Numbered from the stretch's first letter, positions 36,933 through 48,161 are shown. The stretch is 60,553 nucleotides of DNA from a virus (IMGVR_UViG_3300025097_001925:1-60553); one strand, 5' to 3'. Program-made: numbers and translations. Notes: a model not told the origin generated them from the letters alone.

Positions 36933-38343
36933 TTTTCTTTCTCGTCTTGTATTTTCTTGTTGGACTTTTCAATCGTTTCTCGGCTATATCTATATATTCT
37001 TGATTTAATTCTATCCCAACCCATTTCTTATCCTGTTCCATAGCTACTTCTGCGGTTGTTCCACTACCAAAAAATGGGTCTAATACTATTCCAGAAGTAA
37101 ATTCTACATCACAAGAACAAGTAGGTTCATAACCTTTGATAATTTTCTCCCCCTTACTCATCCCTTCTCTTTGACAATATTCTCTCAGTAAATCTTCATA
37201 AGCAGACGCTGGATTGTTAGGTCTAAATTGTGGTGCTATGACTTTAACTTTTCCCTGTTTTATATCTTCATTTAACTTCTTCTTTGCTATTTTTCTTCTC
37301 TCAGATGAGTCTGTTTTATTTTCAATTTTTAACTCTTTAGGATTACCACACTTACTACAAACGGTCTCTGGACACCCAGCATCTATGGGTGTTTCAATTA
37401 ATTCTGGTGGAAAGGTAGCGAAGTGAGCCTCCGAAAATCCCTTTGTATTTATTGACCACACCGTTCTCTTGTTTCTACCCTCTTGTTTAGGTTGCATATT
37501 TCTTGTGCGGTAAGACACCGCGTACGGGCTGTTATCAACGTCTACCTTAGTATTTAGTGGCCTTTTTATTACTGGACCACCCCACCTATTCAGAGGTTTT
37601 AATGGCTCTAATTGTTGTTTAAAATAGTACTTTCTACTCTTAGTGAAGAAGAATAATTTCTCAAAATCTACTGTAAATCTATCTACAGCACTACTTGGCA
37701 TACAACTTGGTTTGTGCCATATAATTTCATTTCTTAATGTCCAACCACGATTAATCATTTCAATAGCAAATCTACTTGGTATTTGTGTAAGTGTTTTTGT
37801 TGGTAAAAGTCCCAAACCTCTAACTTTATTAGCTTTACTAATACCAGTAGATTTGATATATGTTTTTTTAGCCAATCTATCACCACTAAAAGCACTACCA
37901 CTTTTTGTATAATATGTATCACCTATATTTACCCAACAACTACCTGACTTTTTAAGAACTCTTTTAACTTCATCAAATATATCACACAGATGTTTAACAT
38001 ACAAATTAAAATCTGGTTCAAGTCCTAGTTCACCTTTCCAGGCCCCACACGTTTTACAATTTTGAGAATTTGTAATATGGGGTTGTTTAATACCAACTAC
38101 TTCATGTTTTGTCTCAACAACTTCACCACGATTTCCTCTACTTGGATGTAGTAAGTTCTCCCCCCAATCATGTTCACATTCACCTTCATAAAATTCATTA
38201 TCCCATACTTGAGGATTGGTTCCATAATCCCTGAGACCCCAATACGGCGGTGATGTAACACACATATCTATACTTTCATCTGGAAATGTTTTTAGAACTT
38301 CTAACGAATGTCCTTGATAGATTTTGTTAGTCAACATCTGCAA
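36913..38343 (-). CDS. DNA methyltransferase, N4-C/N6-A beta class
   Basis: TSPPY, IIWHK, HFATFP, VLDPFFGSGTT, GIELN. Confidence 0.93.
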   Translation of the reverse strand: MQMLTNKIYQGHSLEVLKTFPDESIDMCVTSPPYWGLRDYGTNPQVWDNEFYEGECEHDWGENLLHPSRGNRGEVVETKHEVVGIKQPHITNSQNCKTCGAWKGELGLEPDFNLYVKHLCDIFDEVKRVLKKSGSCWVNIGDTYYTKSGSAFSGDRLAKKTYIKSTGISKANKVRGLGLLPTKTLTQIPSRFAIEMINRGWTLRNEIIWHKPSCMPSSAVDRFTVDFEKLFFFTKSRKYYFKQQLEPLKPLNRWGGPVIKRPLNTKVDVDNSPYAVSYRTRNMQPKQEGRNKRTVWSINTKGFSEAHFATFPPELIETPIDAGCPETVCSKCGNPKELKIENKTDSSERRKIAKKKLNEDIKQGKVKVIAPQFRPNNPASAYEDLLREYCQREGMSKGEKIIKGYEPTCSCDVEFTSGIVLDPFFGSGTTAEVAMEQDKKWVGIELNQEYIDIAEKRLKSPTRKYKTRKKSEKFWG

Positions 38344-39043
38344 CTGCTACTAAGTAATATGTTGCATCGTAATTATCAATTTTAAAATTGATACGAGCTA
38401 AACCTTCTGAACTAATTTCAAGTGTGGCTGTTTCACATTCCTTATTAGCAATAAGTACGTTCTTAAACAACTCAGCATTGAATGAAACATTCTCTATTTC
38501 TTCATATGTTTCCGTTTCTACTGGTAATGTAACTCTATTAGTATTAATATTAGAATGTCCAATAACCACCTTAACAACATCATTTGTTAATACAGTAAAT
38601 GTATCTGTATCCTGTAAAGCTGTCTTACCTACGACAAACTTTTTTATGAAATCAGTATCCACTTTTATCTTTACTTCAAACTCGGGTACTCTTTTCATTT
38701 CGGGTGGTTTATTAATAACCGACAAGTCTGACAACATAAAATTCACAGATGCTTTATTATCACTTAACATTAAAGACACTGCTTTGTTGTCTATGACATT
38801 TAATCTTAATTGTATATCATCTGAAAGAACAGACAACAATCTCAAGAACTGGTCAGTATCATAGACTCCCATATCAACATCTTCAAAAGTCCAATTATCG
38901 AGAATTACTTTACCAAGTAAAGATTTATCCCTTGATACAAAACGTGTACTCAAAGAATTATCTTTACTATTAAGAACAACAGAACTTGTGTTGCCTCCAA
39001 GATGGTATTTCTCAATGAATCTGGTTAACGTAGATTTATTCAT
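38327..39043 (-). CDS. Sliding clamp (gp45-like)
   Basis: Size, GVYD...FL..LS, C-terminal YYLVA; between polymerase and clamp loader. Confidence 0.75.
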   Translation of the reverse strand: MNKSTLTRFIEKYHLGGNTSSVVLNSKDNSLSTRFVSRDKSLLGKVILDNWTFEDVDMGVYDTDQFLRLLSVLSDDIQLRLNVIDNKAVSLMLSDNKASVNFMLSDLSVINKPPEMKRVPEFEVKIKVDTDFIKKFVVGKTALQDTDTFTVLTNDVVKVVIGHSNINTNRVTLPVETETYEEIENVSFNAELFKNVLIANKECETATLEISSEGLARINFKIDNYDATYYLVAVADVD

Positions 39044-39067
39044 TATAACTTCTCCTTAATGTAACCA

Positions 39068-39083
39068 TATATACATATATATA
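39068..39083. promoter_or_regulatory. TATATACATATATATA motif upstream of the clamp operon
   Basis: Identical to 164-179. Confidence 0.5.
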
Positions 39084-39096
39084 GAATAACCTAAAA

Positions 39097-41598
39097 TCAA
39101 AAAAATCTTTCTATCGAATGTTCTTTATCCACAGGAGTTCCCCATTTCATAGTTTCATAGAACATATCTATTTTCTTTTTTAATACTTGATTAAATATTT
39201 TATCGTGATTTATATATTTCTTAATATAATCTGTTATTTCAATTGGGTCTTCGTGTCCTTTATAAGCCAATGTATTAATACCCAACGGATTTTGTTTTAA
39301 ATACACCCACCTAATCTTATCACCATTACTTATAAAAGAATATTTTTTATCTCGGTTATAATACCTAAGTAAATCATTGTATGCCATCGCGGATTTAACA
39401 TGAATAGGAGTTGCTTTTTTATATGAAGTCATAACTGAGTTTCCTGTATCTCCTTTCTCTATAAACTTATCTATACGTTTTACTCCTGTCGGCATAGAAA
39501 TTTCATCAAACCCCATTTTCTTCATACCATTTTTAAAACCAACTATTGTTTCATCAATTTTATCTTTTGGTACATTCATCAATATATCTTCCAAAACTTT
39601 CTTTAATAAAGTTCTCATTGCTGTTGGAAAATTACTTCTTACTGTATCCAACCCCTTTACCAAAATTTTATCGGTTTTTACTCCGTTATCATTAATAACC
39701 TGCATACCATATCGTTTCTTGGTAATGAACAATCCACTCTTAGCTATTATCTCCTGTTTAATTTCAAACCGATGTTCACTTACATTACAAAATCTATTCG
39801 CAAAATGAATATACATATCATTAATAAACTCTTGAACTTCTGATGCTATCTCTAAAATTCTCTGAGTCATCATTACATCACTCATAGTTTTATCTTTGAA
39901 TCTATTTTGTATTAATGGTAAAGCTGAAAAGAACACCGAGTCAGTATCAACATAAATACAGAAATCATCATTAGTTTCAAGTTCTTTATTATAAAAATGA
40001 TTACCAATTTTCTTGGTATATTTTATAAGTAATTGACCCGTTGTAGTAACCGCTTCAGCATTATCAGTATCATAAAACCTAAAAATAGGTAGTCCCAACA
40101 CTCCATACAGAGAATTTAATACAATCTTTTGAATATGTTGTCGTCTTTTAAAATACTCATACTTATCATTATCTCCCGCATCACCAAACTTCTTCATCAA
40201 TTTTCTATATTCAACTCTCTTATCAAACCACGTAGTCAATACTGTAGGAATAAGACCTTTCTTATCATTTCTATATAAAATACCATTCGCTGAAATAGAC
40301 ACTTCATTCTTTCCAAAAAACTTCTGAAATTCTTCAGTCGTAAACTTACCACATTCCTTACCACCCATTTCAATAGTATAGGTTTTCTTAACTCCCTTTA
40401 CATATTGCTTTGCATCCCACCCAATAACCTTTCCTATTTTTGTTTCGGGTGATATATTTAAACTCATAATAATACAGGGATACATAGATGTAACATCTAA
40501 ATCATATACCCAATCGTGTTTACCTCGTTTTGGTTCTTGGACATAAGCTCCTATTATCTTTTCATCTCTACCTATAAGTTCTTTACCCTTCGGGTCTCTA
40601 TTTGGTGCTATAACTCCAATTTTTTTAAGGTATGTTAATATAGCTCCTTCCAAATATCTACTTGAATACAAAATATCCTCATAAGGAACATGACCCAAAT
40701 GACAAATACCACGAGCTATAGTAATAAAATCCAACTTATCATCTAACTTTTTAATAAGCTTAACGTCGTTAATATTATAATCAATAAATTTTTGTATATC
40801 TGTCTCATACAAATCATTTAATGTACCTTCATAACCTATCTTTGCATCACCCACTTCTTCCTTTGCTATATCATCTAATCTATATGATGATTTTTGTATG
40901 AATGTAAATCTTTTATATAGAATCAAATAATCCAAACAAGATACTCCAGCTATAATATATCTACTCTGCCAGTCTCTCCAATTTACCTGGTGAATCGGTG
41001 AAAGCATATTGGCTATATCTTTACCGAGAACTTTTACTGTTCTATTATACAAGTATGGTACATCAAATCCATCTACATTCCATCCACTTATAATTGTCGG
41101 TTTTATTTCATTATATTTTACAAAAAAACTGTTTAGTAGAGCTGATTCTCTGGAGAAGAATTCTACAAATATATTATTAGTATTATAGTTGTCCTTACCT
41201 TCACCGAGAACATAACAAAAATACTCATCAGTTACGTCATCATACACCGCGATAGAGTATATTTTATTATCAGCTTTTTTCGGATCTGGAAAACCTTCAG
41301 TAACTTCCACCTCAATATCAAAATACATCTTTCTATGACCTATAGAAATATCATCGGAATCTGTATACATATCAACCAATACTCTCATATCAGGATTTAT
41401 ATCGGATTCAAATAAATTAGGTTGGTCGTCATCCCACCTATATACCTTTTTTACTTTATCACCATACAAAGAAACAGAATCACCATTACTATTCTTTACA
41501 TAAGCATATTTTTTATAAGGGAAAACTATATGTCCCTTTTCATCATCCCAAAGATGTATTTGTTTTTTATATGGGTCAAAATGAATATTTTGATACAT
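39097..41598 (-). CDS. DNA polymerase family B (gp43-like)
   Basis: Exo DIE, GWN..GFD, YNIND; pol DVTSMYP, KIVLNSLYG, YVDTDS, KKRY. Confidence 0.97.
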   Translation of the reverse strand: MYQNIHFDPYKKQIHLWDDEKGHIVFPYKKYAYVKNSNGDSVSLYGDKVKKVYRWDDDQPNLFESDINPDMRVLVDMYTDSDDISIGHRKMYFDIEVEVTEGFPDPKKADNKIYSIAVYDDVTDEYFCYVLGEGKDNYNTNNIFVEFFSRESALLNSFFVKYNEIKPTIISGWNVDGFDVPYLYNRTVKVLGKDIANMLSPIHQVNWRDWQSRYIIAGVSCLDYLILYKRFTFIQKSSYRLDDIAKEEVGDAKIGYEGTLNDLYETDIQKFIDYNINDVKLIKKLDDKLDFITIARGICHLGHVPYEDILYSSRYLEGAILTYLKKIGVIAPNRDPKGKELIGRDEKIIGAYVQEPKRGKHDWVYDLDVTSMYPCIIMSLNISPETKIGKVIGWDAKQYVKGVKKTYTIEMGGKECGKFTTEEFQKFFGKNEVSISANGILYRNDKKGLIPTVLTTWFDKRVEYRKLMKKFGDAGDNDKYEYFKRRQHIQKIVLNSLYGVLGLPIFRFYDTDNAEAVTTTGQLLIKYTKKIGNHFYNKELETNDDFCIYVDTDSVFFSALPLIQNRFKDKTMSDVMMTQRILEIASEVQEFINDMYIHFANRFCNVSEHRFEIKQEIIAKSGLFITKKRYGMQVINDNGVKTDKILVKGLDTVRSNFPTAMRTLLKKVLEDILMNVPKDKIDETIVGFKNGMKKMGFDEISMPTGVKRIDKFIEKGDTGNSVMTSYKKATPIHVKSAMAYNDLLRYYNRDKKYSFISNGDKIRWVYLKQNPLGINTLAYKGHEDPIEITDYIKKYINHDKIFNQVLKKKIDMFYETMKWGTPVDKEHSIERFF

Positions 41599-41610
41599 TA
41601 TTATAACCTT

Positions 41611-41639
41611 AATATACTAAAATTTCACGAGAAAGTCAA
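41611..41639 (-). promoter_or_regulatory. Sigma70-type promoter TTGACT-N17-TATATT for PolB
   Basis: -35 at 41634-41639, -10 at 41611-41616. Confidence 0.75.
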
Positions 41640-43630
41640 GAACTTTTTTGTAATACTTCTCCTGGTAATTCACACACATCATTATTACAAAATTTATCTA
41701 CAACAGCTTCATTACCTTCTATTTGTCTAAACGACAAAAATCCTAATCCTTTAACTATCTTCTTATATGTCTTTTCATCAATAGCTTCATAAGGCATCTG
41801 TTTATATGCACCACCATTTGACCTAGGTAATAAAGAAATACCTTTCAAATGATACTGAAAATAATTCAACACATTTGGTAATTGGTCTCCTTCTGTTTCT
41901 GGGTCAAATGTAACTGTACAACTAACTTGGTTGTCTGCCCAATGTCGTTGTAAGAATGCGGCTAAACTGAATTGTTCCCATATTGTAAGTTCATTAGCTG
42001 TTCTTACACCCTCACCTACATCTACTGGTACTTCTACCACCATTGTAGTATCTTCTGAACCAAAGGCTGGTTCTATTTTATATCCTGCTTTTTTTAATGG
42101 TTCAATCAAGGAACTATGTTTAGACAATCTCATTCTACGTATGTAAAAACGACTCTCAGGATAGTGCATACCAGGTGTAGCTCCTACTAACAATGAAACT
42201 GTACCACTCGGTTTTACTGATGTAGTTTTAATAGAACGTGGTACTGCTAACCAATCTGAATACATTTTGTCCCAACCCTGTATTGTGTCATAACCACTTT
42301 CTAACCATGACCTCAACTCTTCTAATCCGTTTTTACTTATAAACTGAGCTACTCCACTCACACTACATCCGATTCTACGATTTCTCAACATAACTCTGTT
42401 GGTGTCAGGCCAATGTGTTTTACCAAGTGTTACTGTCTTAGCGTAGAGATAAGCATATTTTAATGTTCTATTATAATCTTCTAAATTCTTATGATTAACT
42501 GGAAATGTTTCTACAAGACAACAAAGTTCATAGGACTCCAAACTTTGTTCCAGACAAGGATTACCACCAGCTACTCTATGGTCTTTGTGATCTGCACCGT
42601 TCTTCATACGGGAATAACCCCTCATATTTTCTAACCAAGCGAAACCAGGTTCTCCATTACCATTTATTCTTTTACATACATCATTATAATCCATACCAAT
42701 TTCAGCAAATATTGAATTATTTGAAGTCCAACCGTATGTTTCTCTATGTTTGTTTACTTTATAATTTTTTAAATCCAAGTATTCTTCATCAAATGGGTCA
42801 CCAAATACAATCTCAGCTGTTCTACGGACATTACCAGCTACTACACATTTTCCTATTAAGTTCATAATATCAACAATAGCTGTTATAGAAATAGGCGAAC
42901 CGATATTTTCATCCAATACCTGTCGTACAGTTTCATGTACCTCTTTTAGAGGTTCATGTCCGCTGGATACCCCACCAAAACCTTTGATTGGTTCTCCTTC
43001 AGGACGTACCTTTGTGTAATCAAACTCAACTATTGTTGTACCGTGAAAGTATGACTCTAACAACAATCTAACAGATTCTACCCAACCTTCTCTTGTATCT
43101 GGAATATCATATATTTCAGTTGTTCTACCTAAATTAGGACCTTTAATCAAAACCTCACCAGCACCTTTTACATCAAAACCAACTCCAACTCCTAACATTG
43201 AAGCATCCATTAAAAAACAAAATGGTTTAGCATAATCTTCTTTAATTGTTGATGTAGATACAAATGCACAGTTATTCAAAGCAGCATACAGACCCTTTTC
43301 TTCTGTAATAGGAGTTCCCATAGCCCAAAGACCACGACCAGGTGGTAAAAATTTCATATAAAAAATACGGTCATACATTTCTTGTGCTGACCGCTGTGCT
43401 TGCCAAGGATTCCAACCAAGTTGGTATTGATTAATCCAACTCATTTGCATAGTATATGTTCCCTCTACAACTCTACGAACTGTTTCCCACCACTGCTCAT
43501 TTTTTCCATTCTCTTTAATTCTTGAGTAGGTTCTCATATAAACCAATTCACCTAAACCGTTAAAACCAAATGGTGGTTTTTTTCTTTTATATTTATTAAT
43601 GAAATTTTCTGACAACTGAAACTTATCCAT
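41636..43630 (-). CDS. nrdJ: Class II (adenosylcobalamin-dependent) ribonucleotide reductase, monomeric type
   Basis: RTYSR, PPGRGLW, NNC, GNVRR, NPCLEQ, KPSGT, C-terminal CNNDVC. Confidence 0.93.
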   Translation of the reverse strand: MDKFQLSENFINKYKRKKPPFGFNGLGELVYMRTYSRIKENGKNEQWWETVRRVVEGTYTMQMSWINQYQLGWNPWQAQRSAQEMYDRIFYMKFLPPGRGLWAMGTPITEEKGLYAALNNCAFVSTSTIKEDYAKPFCFLMDASMLGVGVGFDVKGAGEVLIKGPNLGRTTEIYDIPDTREGWVESVRLLLESYFHGTTIVEFDYTKVRPEGEPIKGFGGVSSGHEPLKEVHETVRQVLDENIGSPISITAIVDIMNLIGKCVVAGNVRRTAEIVFGDPFDEEYLDLKNYKVNKHRETYGWTSNNSIFAEIGMDYNDVCKRINGNGEPGFAWLENMRGYSRMKNGADHKDHRVAGGNPCLEQSLESYELCCLVETFPVNHKNLEDYNRTLKYAYLYAKTVTLGKTHWPDTNRVMLRNRRIGCSVSGVAQFISKNGLEELRSWLESGYDTIQGWDKMYSDWLAVPRSIKTTSVKPSGTVSLLVGATPGMHYPESRFYIRRMRLSKHSSLIEPLKKAGYKIEPAFGSEDTTMVVEVPVDVGEGVRTANELTIWEQFSLAAFLQRHWADNQVSCTVTFDPETEGDQLPNVLNYFQYHLKGISLLPRSNGGAYKQMPYEAIDEKTYKKIVKGLGFLSFRQIEGNEAVVDKFCNNDVCELPGEVLQKSS

Positions 43631-43705
43631 AAATAACAAATCTCCTTAAATTATAATCATTTGTTTTTCTGTGTCATTAGTAAATATAATATATACTATA
43701 ATCTA

Positions 43706-45067
43706 TCATTCAAAACCATCTACATTTTTATTCATATCATTATATTTGTTAGCTAACTGCTTTCTTAAATATTCTTCGGAATTATCCATCTTAGATTGTG
43801 TCTCCTTACCATATACAGATTGGTTATCATACACATCTAGTACTCCCGTAGTTGGATTCATAGTTGCTGGATAAGTAACTCCATCCAACCCAAACCTATT
43901 TTTAATTATATGAAGTCGTGCTGTATTCGCTATTTTATCTTCTACTTTTCTTGATAATGAAACCACAAAATCCGCAATCATAACTTTTGCATATGATTCT
44001 GAAACTTTTGTCGCGTCAATTATATCTTCTTCTAATGAACTTCTATTCGCTTGTGAAGCTGTCCATATAGGAATATCAACTTCTCCTGCTAATCCCCTTA
44101 AATCCTCATACACATTTTCTAAAACAAATCTTCTCTCTGTACCCACACCTCTTAATATATCAGCATAATCTACAATAACCAAATCTGGAATTATACCCTG
44201 TATTTCTACTTGTTTCAAATGAGCTTCTATTCCTTGAACACCAATTGACTTGGTTGGAAAATATTTGATTATCAAATTGCCTTTAAGCTTTTTAATTTTC
44301 TTTTCAACTTCTTCTTTATAATATTTTATATTTGTTGTAGGTATTCTACTAAAAACTGTATCATACCTAAGACCCACATAACTTTGGTTTAATTCTAATG
44401 TATAATGTATTACTGATAATCCTTGTTTTACCCCACTCGCTCCGATAGCTTGTAAACACCAAGTTTTACCCACACCTGCTGGTGCCACAATAACTCCAAG
44501 TTCTCCCTTACCCAAACCACCATCCATTATTTCATTTATAATATCCCATGAAGTTTTAATAGTATCTCTTGTTGATTTAGTTAATCGTTCCTCTAAGTTA
44601 GTTAAATAATCGTGTCCAATATCTTTTGTAGTCCCTGCTTTTAACGCTTTATCTATGATTACTTTAATTTCATCATATTCTTTATTTTGTAACAGGTCAA
44701 CTGACTTTACAATAGCTTCTTTTAATGACTGATTTTTACAAAAAGTCAAAACTTCTTTTTTTACAAAATTCAAATCTGTAGCTTCTCTGTGATTCCAAGC
44801 ATCTTTCAATTTCTCTATAACCGATGTTTTTAATATATCATTTTCTATTTCCCCTACTTTTATTTTTAACACTTCAAGAGTCGGAGGTGTTTTATACTCT
44901 ATAAAATAATCTTTTATTGATTTAACCAACCACTTATTTGCATCCGAATCAAAAATACTTGGTTCTATAATATCAGATATAGTTTGTATAAATTCTTTAT
45001 TACTCAATAAAGACATTATAATCTTTGATTGAAATGAAGAACCAAACTTTGTTAATGTATCAGTCAT
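43706..45067 (-). CDS. Replicative DnaB-like helicase (gp41-like)
   Basis: APAGVGKT, TLEL, IVDYAD, WTASQANR, KNRFG. Confidence 0.95.
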   Translation of the reverse strand: MTDTLTKFGSSFQSKIIMSLLSNKEFIQTISDIIEPSIFDSDANKWLVKSIKDYFIEYKTPPTLEVLKIKVGEIENDILKTSVIEKLKDAWNHREATDLNFVKKEVLTFCKNQSLKEAIVKSVDLLQNKEYDEIKVIIDKALKAGTTKDIGHDYLTNLEERLTKSTRDTIKTSWDIINEIMDGGLGKGELGVIVAPAGVGKTWCLQAIGASGVKQGLSVIHYTLELNQSYVGLRYDTVFSRIPTTNIKYYKEEVEKKIKKLKGNLIIKYFPTKSIGVQGIEAHLKQVEIQGIIPDLVIVDYADILRGVGTERRFVLENVYEDLRGLAGEVDIPIWTASQANRSSLEEDIIDATKVSESYAKVMIADFVVSLSRKVEDKIANTARLHIIKNRFGLDGVTYPATMNPTTGVLDVYDNQSVYGKETQSKMDNSEEYLRKQLANKYNDMNKNVDGFE

Positions 45068-45075
45068 TTATTAGC

Positions 45076-45255
45076 TCACTCTCCATATAATTTCTTAACC
45101 CTCTCATTTTCCATTATTTGATAATTCTTTTTTCTATATCTTTCTCTAGCTTCTTTCTTCAATCGTTCTCTATTTCTATAATAATATTCCAGCTGCCACC
45201 GACGTTGTGCTTCTTTTCTTTCGTCCTCTGTAAAATATATACGTTTTCTACCCAT
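45076..45255 (-). CDS. Small basic helical protein (59 aa; not in ORF track)
   Basis: MGRKRIYFTEDERKEAQRRWQLEYYYRN...KLYGE. Confidence 0.6.
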   Translation of the reverse strand: MGRKRIYFTEDERKEAQRRWQLEYYYRNRERLKKEARERYRKKNYQIMENERVKKLYGE

Positions 45256-46303
45256 GAGACTTCTCTGCCATTCTATTCAACCTATTAAAAGTAGTCATCA
45301 ACCAACTGTTTAAGTTTGGTAAACCAGAATATAACTTATCTTCCATAAACATTTTTTGAAACTTAAACTTTATCATTCTCTGTATAGGACCATTTACCTG
45401 TCTAACAATTTTTGTTTTTGTTGAAGCTGATATATTAACATTATGTAACTGCATCAACTTCTCGTTCAATAACACTTGCTCCCTATTATTATATACATTT
45501 TTATATAATTTAAACTCGTCTTTTTTTTGTTCTGCTAATACCAACAAGTCTTTTACATTCGAATTTTCACTCTCCATTACAGAATCAAAATACTTCTGTA
45601 TTGTTTTGATACCAGCTCCCCGTATTCCTGGTATATTGTCTGATTTGTCACCATCTAATACTCTATATAATAGAAAATTGTTTGGTGCTATCTCATAATC
45701 TTTTAAGACGCCTTCGGGATTATATAACTTTTTTCTAACAGGATTCCATATAGAAATTCTTTCATTAACTAACTGTAAGAAATCTTTATCTGTAGACATT
45801 ATAGTAATCTTACTTTCTGTTAGTACCTGTTTTGTTATATAAGCTATAACATCGTCAGCTTCTATGTTTTCAGTACTGAATATCGTAAGAGGAAGTAAAC
45901 TTAAATATTCTACACACCTTTTGAGCTGTAGAATCATATTGTGTCGTTCATCTTTTTGTGAAGAAAACTGTTCGACACGGTTTACTCTATATGATGTACG
46001 TTTTCTTTTCTTGTACTCAGGAAATAGTTTTCGGCGGCGGTGAGACCCACCCTTACCATCAAATACGATGATACAACGAGTGGGTCTTAACGTTTTTATG
46101 GAATAACCAACTGACTTAAGAAAACCAACTATTCCACCAACGTGAATTCCATCAGCGTTAGTAGTTGGTAAAACACTAAATACTCTTATAAAGGTATTCA
46201 GTCCATCTATTATCAGTACTTTATCATTAGGTTCACCGTTATCTACTTGACCGCCTTTTCTTTTTATCTCTTCGAGTATAGAAATATATCTATCATTGGG
46301 CAT
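45248..46303 (-). CDS. 5'-3' exonuclease / flap endonuclease (T4 RNase H-like)
   Basis: IIDGLN, VFDG, YK, EADD, STDKD, GDKSDNIPG. Confidence 0.93.
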   Translation of the reverse strand: MPNDRYISILEEIKRKGGQVDNGEPNDKVLIIDGLNTFIRVFSVLPTTNADGIHVGGIVGFLKSVGYSIKTLRPTRCIIVFDGKGGSHRRRKLFPEYKKRKRTSYRVNRVEQFSSQKDERHNMILQLKRCVEYLSLLPLTIFSTENIEADDVIAYITKQVLTESKITIMSTDKDFLQLVNERISIWNPVRKKLYNPEGVLKDYEIAPNNFLLYRVLDGDKSDNIPGIRGAGIKTIQKYFDSVMESENSNVKDLLVLAEQKKDEFKLYKNVYNNREQVLLNEKLMQLHNVNISASTKTKIVRQVNGPIQRMIKFKFQKMFMEDKLYSGLPNLNSWLMTTFNRLNRMAEKSHG

Positions 46304-47400
46304 CAAACATCTTCTACTTCGTCAACTGTAACCGTTACATCATCTATTCCAAAGCTTTGGTCATATTTCAGAATAAGAGTGTCACATATCATATCATAGA
46401 TGTGATTCTTGAAATCTTTATCTGATAATTTTTCTGACCAATTCTTAGATTGGAATTTGATTTCTTCTCCAGTATGGTCATCCATAGTATACCAAGCACC
46501 ACTATTTTTAACTAACTTGTGGTCTTTTAATACTCGTAACCAACTACCAGGGTCATCAATACCTGTTTCAAAATACAAATCAAAATCGGCATGTCTCATC
46601 GGAGGTCCTAATCTATTTTTGATTACTTGAGCTCTGATTTTCATACCAATTGTATTCTTACCAGTATCCTTGATTTGACCAAGATTTTTTAACCTGATTC
46701 GAGTTGAAGCGTGAAATGGTAAAGCTTTGCCACCACTTGTAGTCCAAGGGTCACCAAACATCACACCAAGTTTTTGTCTTAACTGATTTGTAAAGACAAG
46801 AGCTATCTTCTCTCTACCAATCATCTGTGTGATTTTCCTCATAGCTTTTGATATAATGATAGCTTTAGCTGTTGCCCAACCTTCTTTATCAAAGTCACCT
46901 TCCAACTCTACCTTAGTTGTAGCTCCAGCTAATGAATCTACAAGTATAGCTACTAGTCTATCCTTATCCGACTCACGTACTTTAGCTACTATCTCCTCTA
47001 TAGCTGAAAAAACATCCTCTACTGTCTCCAAATGAAGATAGAGCATGTTGTTTACATCAATACCAATAGCTGCTAAAAACTCAGTACTTACAGAAGTTTC
47101 TGTATCTATGTATACTGCTACCCCACCCTGTCTTTGTGTCTCTGCCAGGATATGAGCACCAAGTAATGATTTACCACTCGATTCTAAGCCATTAATTTCA
47201 GTGATTCTACCCACGGCTATTCCACCGTGCGCTTTATTTGAAATAGCTAAGTCCAACATTGTTGAACCTGTGGACACAAACTCCTTTATATCGGTAGGTG
47301 TTATATCCGTACCATCAAGAAAGTAAGCTACTTTTGATTCGCTAAACTGTTTATTTAGATTGTCAGCTAATATACTAGCTAACTCATCTCGTGAAGTCAT
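46303..47400 (-). CDS. recA: RecA/UvsX-like recombinase
   Basis: GRITEI.GLESSGKS, IDTE, VDSL, NQLR, TTSGGKAL.F. Confidence 0.93.
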   Translation of the reverse strand: MTSRDELASILADNLNKQFSESKVAYFLDGTDITPTDIKEFVSTGSTMLDLAISNKAHGGIAVGRITEINGLESSGKSLLGAHILAETQRQGGVAVYIDTETSVSTEFLAAIGIDVNNMLYLHLETVEDVFSAIEEIVAKVRESDKDRLVAILVDSLAGATTKVELEGDFDKEGWATAKAIIISKAMRKITQMIGREKIALVFTNQLRQKLGVMFGDPWTTSGGKALPFHASTRIRLKNLGQIKDTGKNTIGMKIRAQVIKNRLGPPMRHADFDLYFETGIDDPGSWLRVLKDHKLVKNSGAWYTMDDHTGEEIKFQSKNWSEKLSDKDFKNHIYDMICDTLILKYDQSFGIDDVTVTVDEVEDV

Positions 47401-47408
47401 TTTCAGAC

Positions 47409-48161
47409 CTACTTATTGAATAGTTCGTCGAATGCAGCTGATGCGTCAGATACTACATTTTCAGTAACAGTAGATGATTCTTCTACTCCTTCACTTCCTT
47501 CTGTATTTTCGTCTGACGGATTTAACCAATCATTTAATATCTCTGTCAACTCATCATAAGTTTTTTCTTGATATATCTCACGAATATCCATCTGTTTATC
47601 CAAGAGATTTTCTAACAAAGAAGAATCGTCTGTGAGAGGTGTTTGATTAGGTTTTACACGAATAGTGGTCTTAGGAAATGAAGCACCAGTTTCTTCAGCT
47701 GTCTTGAACTCTACAGAAACATCCCTACCATTTACAGGGTCAGTAATGTCACCATAATCAGGGTCAGCTATAATAGAAAGTAGTTCTTGATAAACCATCT
47801 TACCAAATCCCCAAAACTTAACTCCTTCACTTTCTTCACCACGAACTACTACTGGAGTAAAGGTTCTCATCTTAGCTTCAAGTTTCTTACCAAGTCGGTA
47901 ATCTTCTTTATTACCACCTGTCTTTAACTTATCAGCAAACTCCTCAATCGGGTCTGGGCGACCAAAACTGACTGGGGATAAATGAGACCTATCTCCTAAA
48001 TCGTAATGAAAGTACAACTCAATAAACGGATTATCTTTGTTGTGCTTATACGGTAAAATCCTCAGCTGAGTTCTACCAGGTGAGGGTTTCCAAAGATTTG
48101 AAGTCCGTGTGTTTGTTGTTTGTAGTTGTGTGAGTTTCTTGCGAATTGCGTCTAGATCCAT
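47409..48161 (-). CDS. Single-stranded DNA-binding protein (gp32-like)
   Basis: LWKP, RILP, DP..E, DITDP..GRD, acidic tail FDELF. Confidence 0.85.
   Translation of the reverse strand: MDLDAIRKKLTQLQTTNTRTSNLWKPSPGRTQLRILPYKHNKDNPFIELYFHYDLGDRSHLSPVSFGRPDPIEEFADKLKTGGNKEDYRLGKKLEAKMRTFTPVVVRGEESEGVKFWGFGKMVYQELLSIIADPDYGDITDPVNGRDVSVEFKTAEETGASFPKTTIRVKPNQTPLTDDSSLLENLLDKQMDIREIYQEKTYDELTEILNDWLNPSDENTEGSEGVEESSTVTENVVSDASAAFDELFNK

Noticed and set aside
36913-47400. Inteins or introns in MTase, PolB, NrdJ, helicase or RecA
   Set aside because: PolB, NrdJ, helicase and RecA lengths are ordinary, and no C...HN-C/S/T splice or LAGLIDADG motifs were seen, including in the MTase inserts
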